NCBI RefSeq assembly: GCF_036321535.1 | Contig: NC_087436.1 | Location: 20,586,001-20,650,000 of the forward strand | Origin: Camelus dromedarius | Lineage: Eukaryota | DNA length: 64,000 nt | Direction: 5' to 3' | Part shown: positions 62,643 through 64,000 of the stretch, one piece after another | How positions within the stretch are numbered: position 1 is the first letter of the stretch | How the letters are laid out: every line of letters starts with the position of its first letter | Notes under the pieces: model-generated | The model's input: only the letters and a program-made list of their open reading frames with translations | Databases searched by the model: none | What the model was told of the DNA's origin: nothing | Position numbers and translations under genes: made by a program

Positions 62643-63369
62643 TCAAAATTACAATAAATGTCTGACTCAGATAGTAAGTTTTGTTCTTTAGCACACAGCA
62701 CTAAAAGTTGCTTCCGAGACATTTTTGACATAATTCTAGACATGTTTACAACTCAAAGTAATATGAGTAAGTAATATATCCTGGTTTTAAGATAAAGGCA
62801 TAAAACTTTATATTCAATTCAACTCCACGCAGAATGCATTGTCTACTTTGTCAAGGATTATAGCTTCATTCAAATATATTTGCTCATAGTGATATTTTCC
62901 TGTTTAAGTTTTTTTCTCTTGACAGAAATCTTCTATAGCTTTGTTATTAGGGCTACATACCATCTTGACACAGTTGACACAGTTTAAAGCTACCATGTAT
63001 TTTATTTATGGTGCACATTGCTTTGGCAATGCAATTTAAGTTTATTTAGAACAGATAGATGAATTGCAACATACTTAACAAATACTGTACTTGTTGGTGT
63101 GATCACGATGTGATTGCTGAAAACAGCAGCAGCTGTAGTAGCAACAGCTAGCAGCTCCAGCAGCGTGCAGATAACTGACTTCCACGTACAAATACTTCCC
63201 TGTGATCTTGCACCTTCTGCTCAACTAAGTGCAAGCCTGGAACTGACATATATACATAGGATGTGTTCGTTTCCTTCTTAGTGTCAGAAAGCCATGTTCC
63301 CATCCAGTCTTTTCCAGTATGACTATTCTGTCCTCAAAGTAAAAACAGCCAATAAATCATCCTTTAGAT

Positions 63370-63530
63370 CCTTGCTTTTCAAAATGAAGCCCAAGGACCA
63401 GCATGAGCATCACTTGGGAGTTTATTAGAGCTGTGGAATCACAGGCACCCCCAGACCTACTGAATCAGATTCTGAATTTTAGCAAAGTCCCCAGGTGACT
63501 GGAGACACACTGAAATTTGAGAAGCACTGA
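63370..63530. mobile_element. MER5A-like MITE
   Basis: gcatcacttgggagtttattag..ccccagacctactgaatcaga..ccccaggtga..tttgagaagcactg. Confidence 0.8.
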
Positions 63531-63578
63531 CACTGAAAATGAGACCTCAGTACGTCTGATGCCATTTCTGGGGCATGG

Positions 63579-63990
63579 TGTTATGGGTTGAATTGTGGCT
63601 CCCCTCAAAATCCCTGTGTTGGAGTCCTAACCCCCAGGACCTCAGAATGTGTTATTTGGAGACAAGGTCTTTATGAATCTGACCCAGTTAAAATGAGGTC
63701 ATTAGGGTAAGCCCTAACCCAATATGACTGGTGTCCTTATAAAAAGGGGAAACTTAGACACAGAAATATGGATTAAAAAGAACACTATGTGAAGACACAG
63801 GAAAAGGACAGCCACCTGCGAGCCAAGGAAGAGAAGCCTGGAACAGATCCTCCCCTCGTAGCCCTCAGAAGGAACCAACTCTGCCAACACCTTGATTTCA
63901 AACTTCCAGCCTCCAGAATTATGAGACAATACATTTCTGTTGTTTAAGCCACCCAGGCTGTAACAATTTGTAAGGGCAACCCAGTGCATG
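63579..63990 (+). mobile_element. MaLR solo LTR (MLT1A/B-like)
   Basis: tgttatgggttgaattgtg..catttctgttgtttaagccaccca. Flanking catgg repeat. Confidence 0.88.
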
Positions 63991-64000
63991 CATGGTTATG

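Noticed and set aside
1..64000. CRISPR array, operon or other prokaryotic system
   Set aside because: The sequence is mammalian and shows no repeat-spacer periodicity or gene-dense segment.

Overview
Repeat-rich mammalian (eutherian) genomic DNA, most likely camelid: it carries seven tRNA-Ala(AGC)-derived SINEs resembling the camelid Vic-1 family, plus artiodactyl-type L1 3' ends. I recognise no protein-coding exon, RNA gene or CpG island. The supplied ORFs that I could explain come from microsatellites, L1/SINE/LTR remnants or chance. A large part of the window is L1, L2, MIR, MaLR/ERVL/ERV1 LTRs and hAT (MER) elements. All 7 SINEs and most L1 pieces lie on the minus strand, which suggests a large intron of a + strand transcription unit. 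Main observations: (1) a fossil Ty3/Gypsy reverse-transcriptase core at 49571-50012 that the ORF track missed; (2) a MER41-like solo LTR with a GAS motif, and two compact immune-type motif clusters (AP-1/ETS/STAT/GATA at 42.8 kb; RUNX + PU.1-IRF at 46.9 kb); (3) readable retrotransposition scars: a re-copied target site at an L1 5' junction, a twin-primed L1, and a ~100-bp inverted duplication inside an old L1. I found no supportable novel biological system. Repeat family names come from recalled consensus resemblance, not database searches, and the boundaries of old repeats are approximate.
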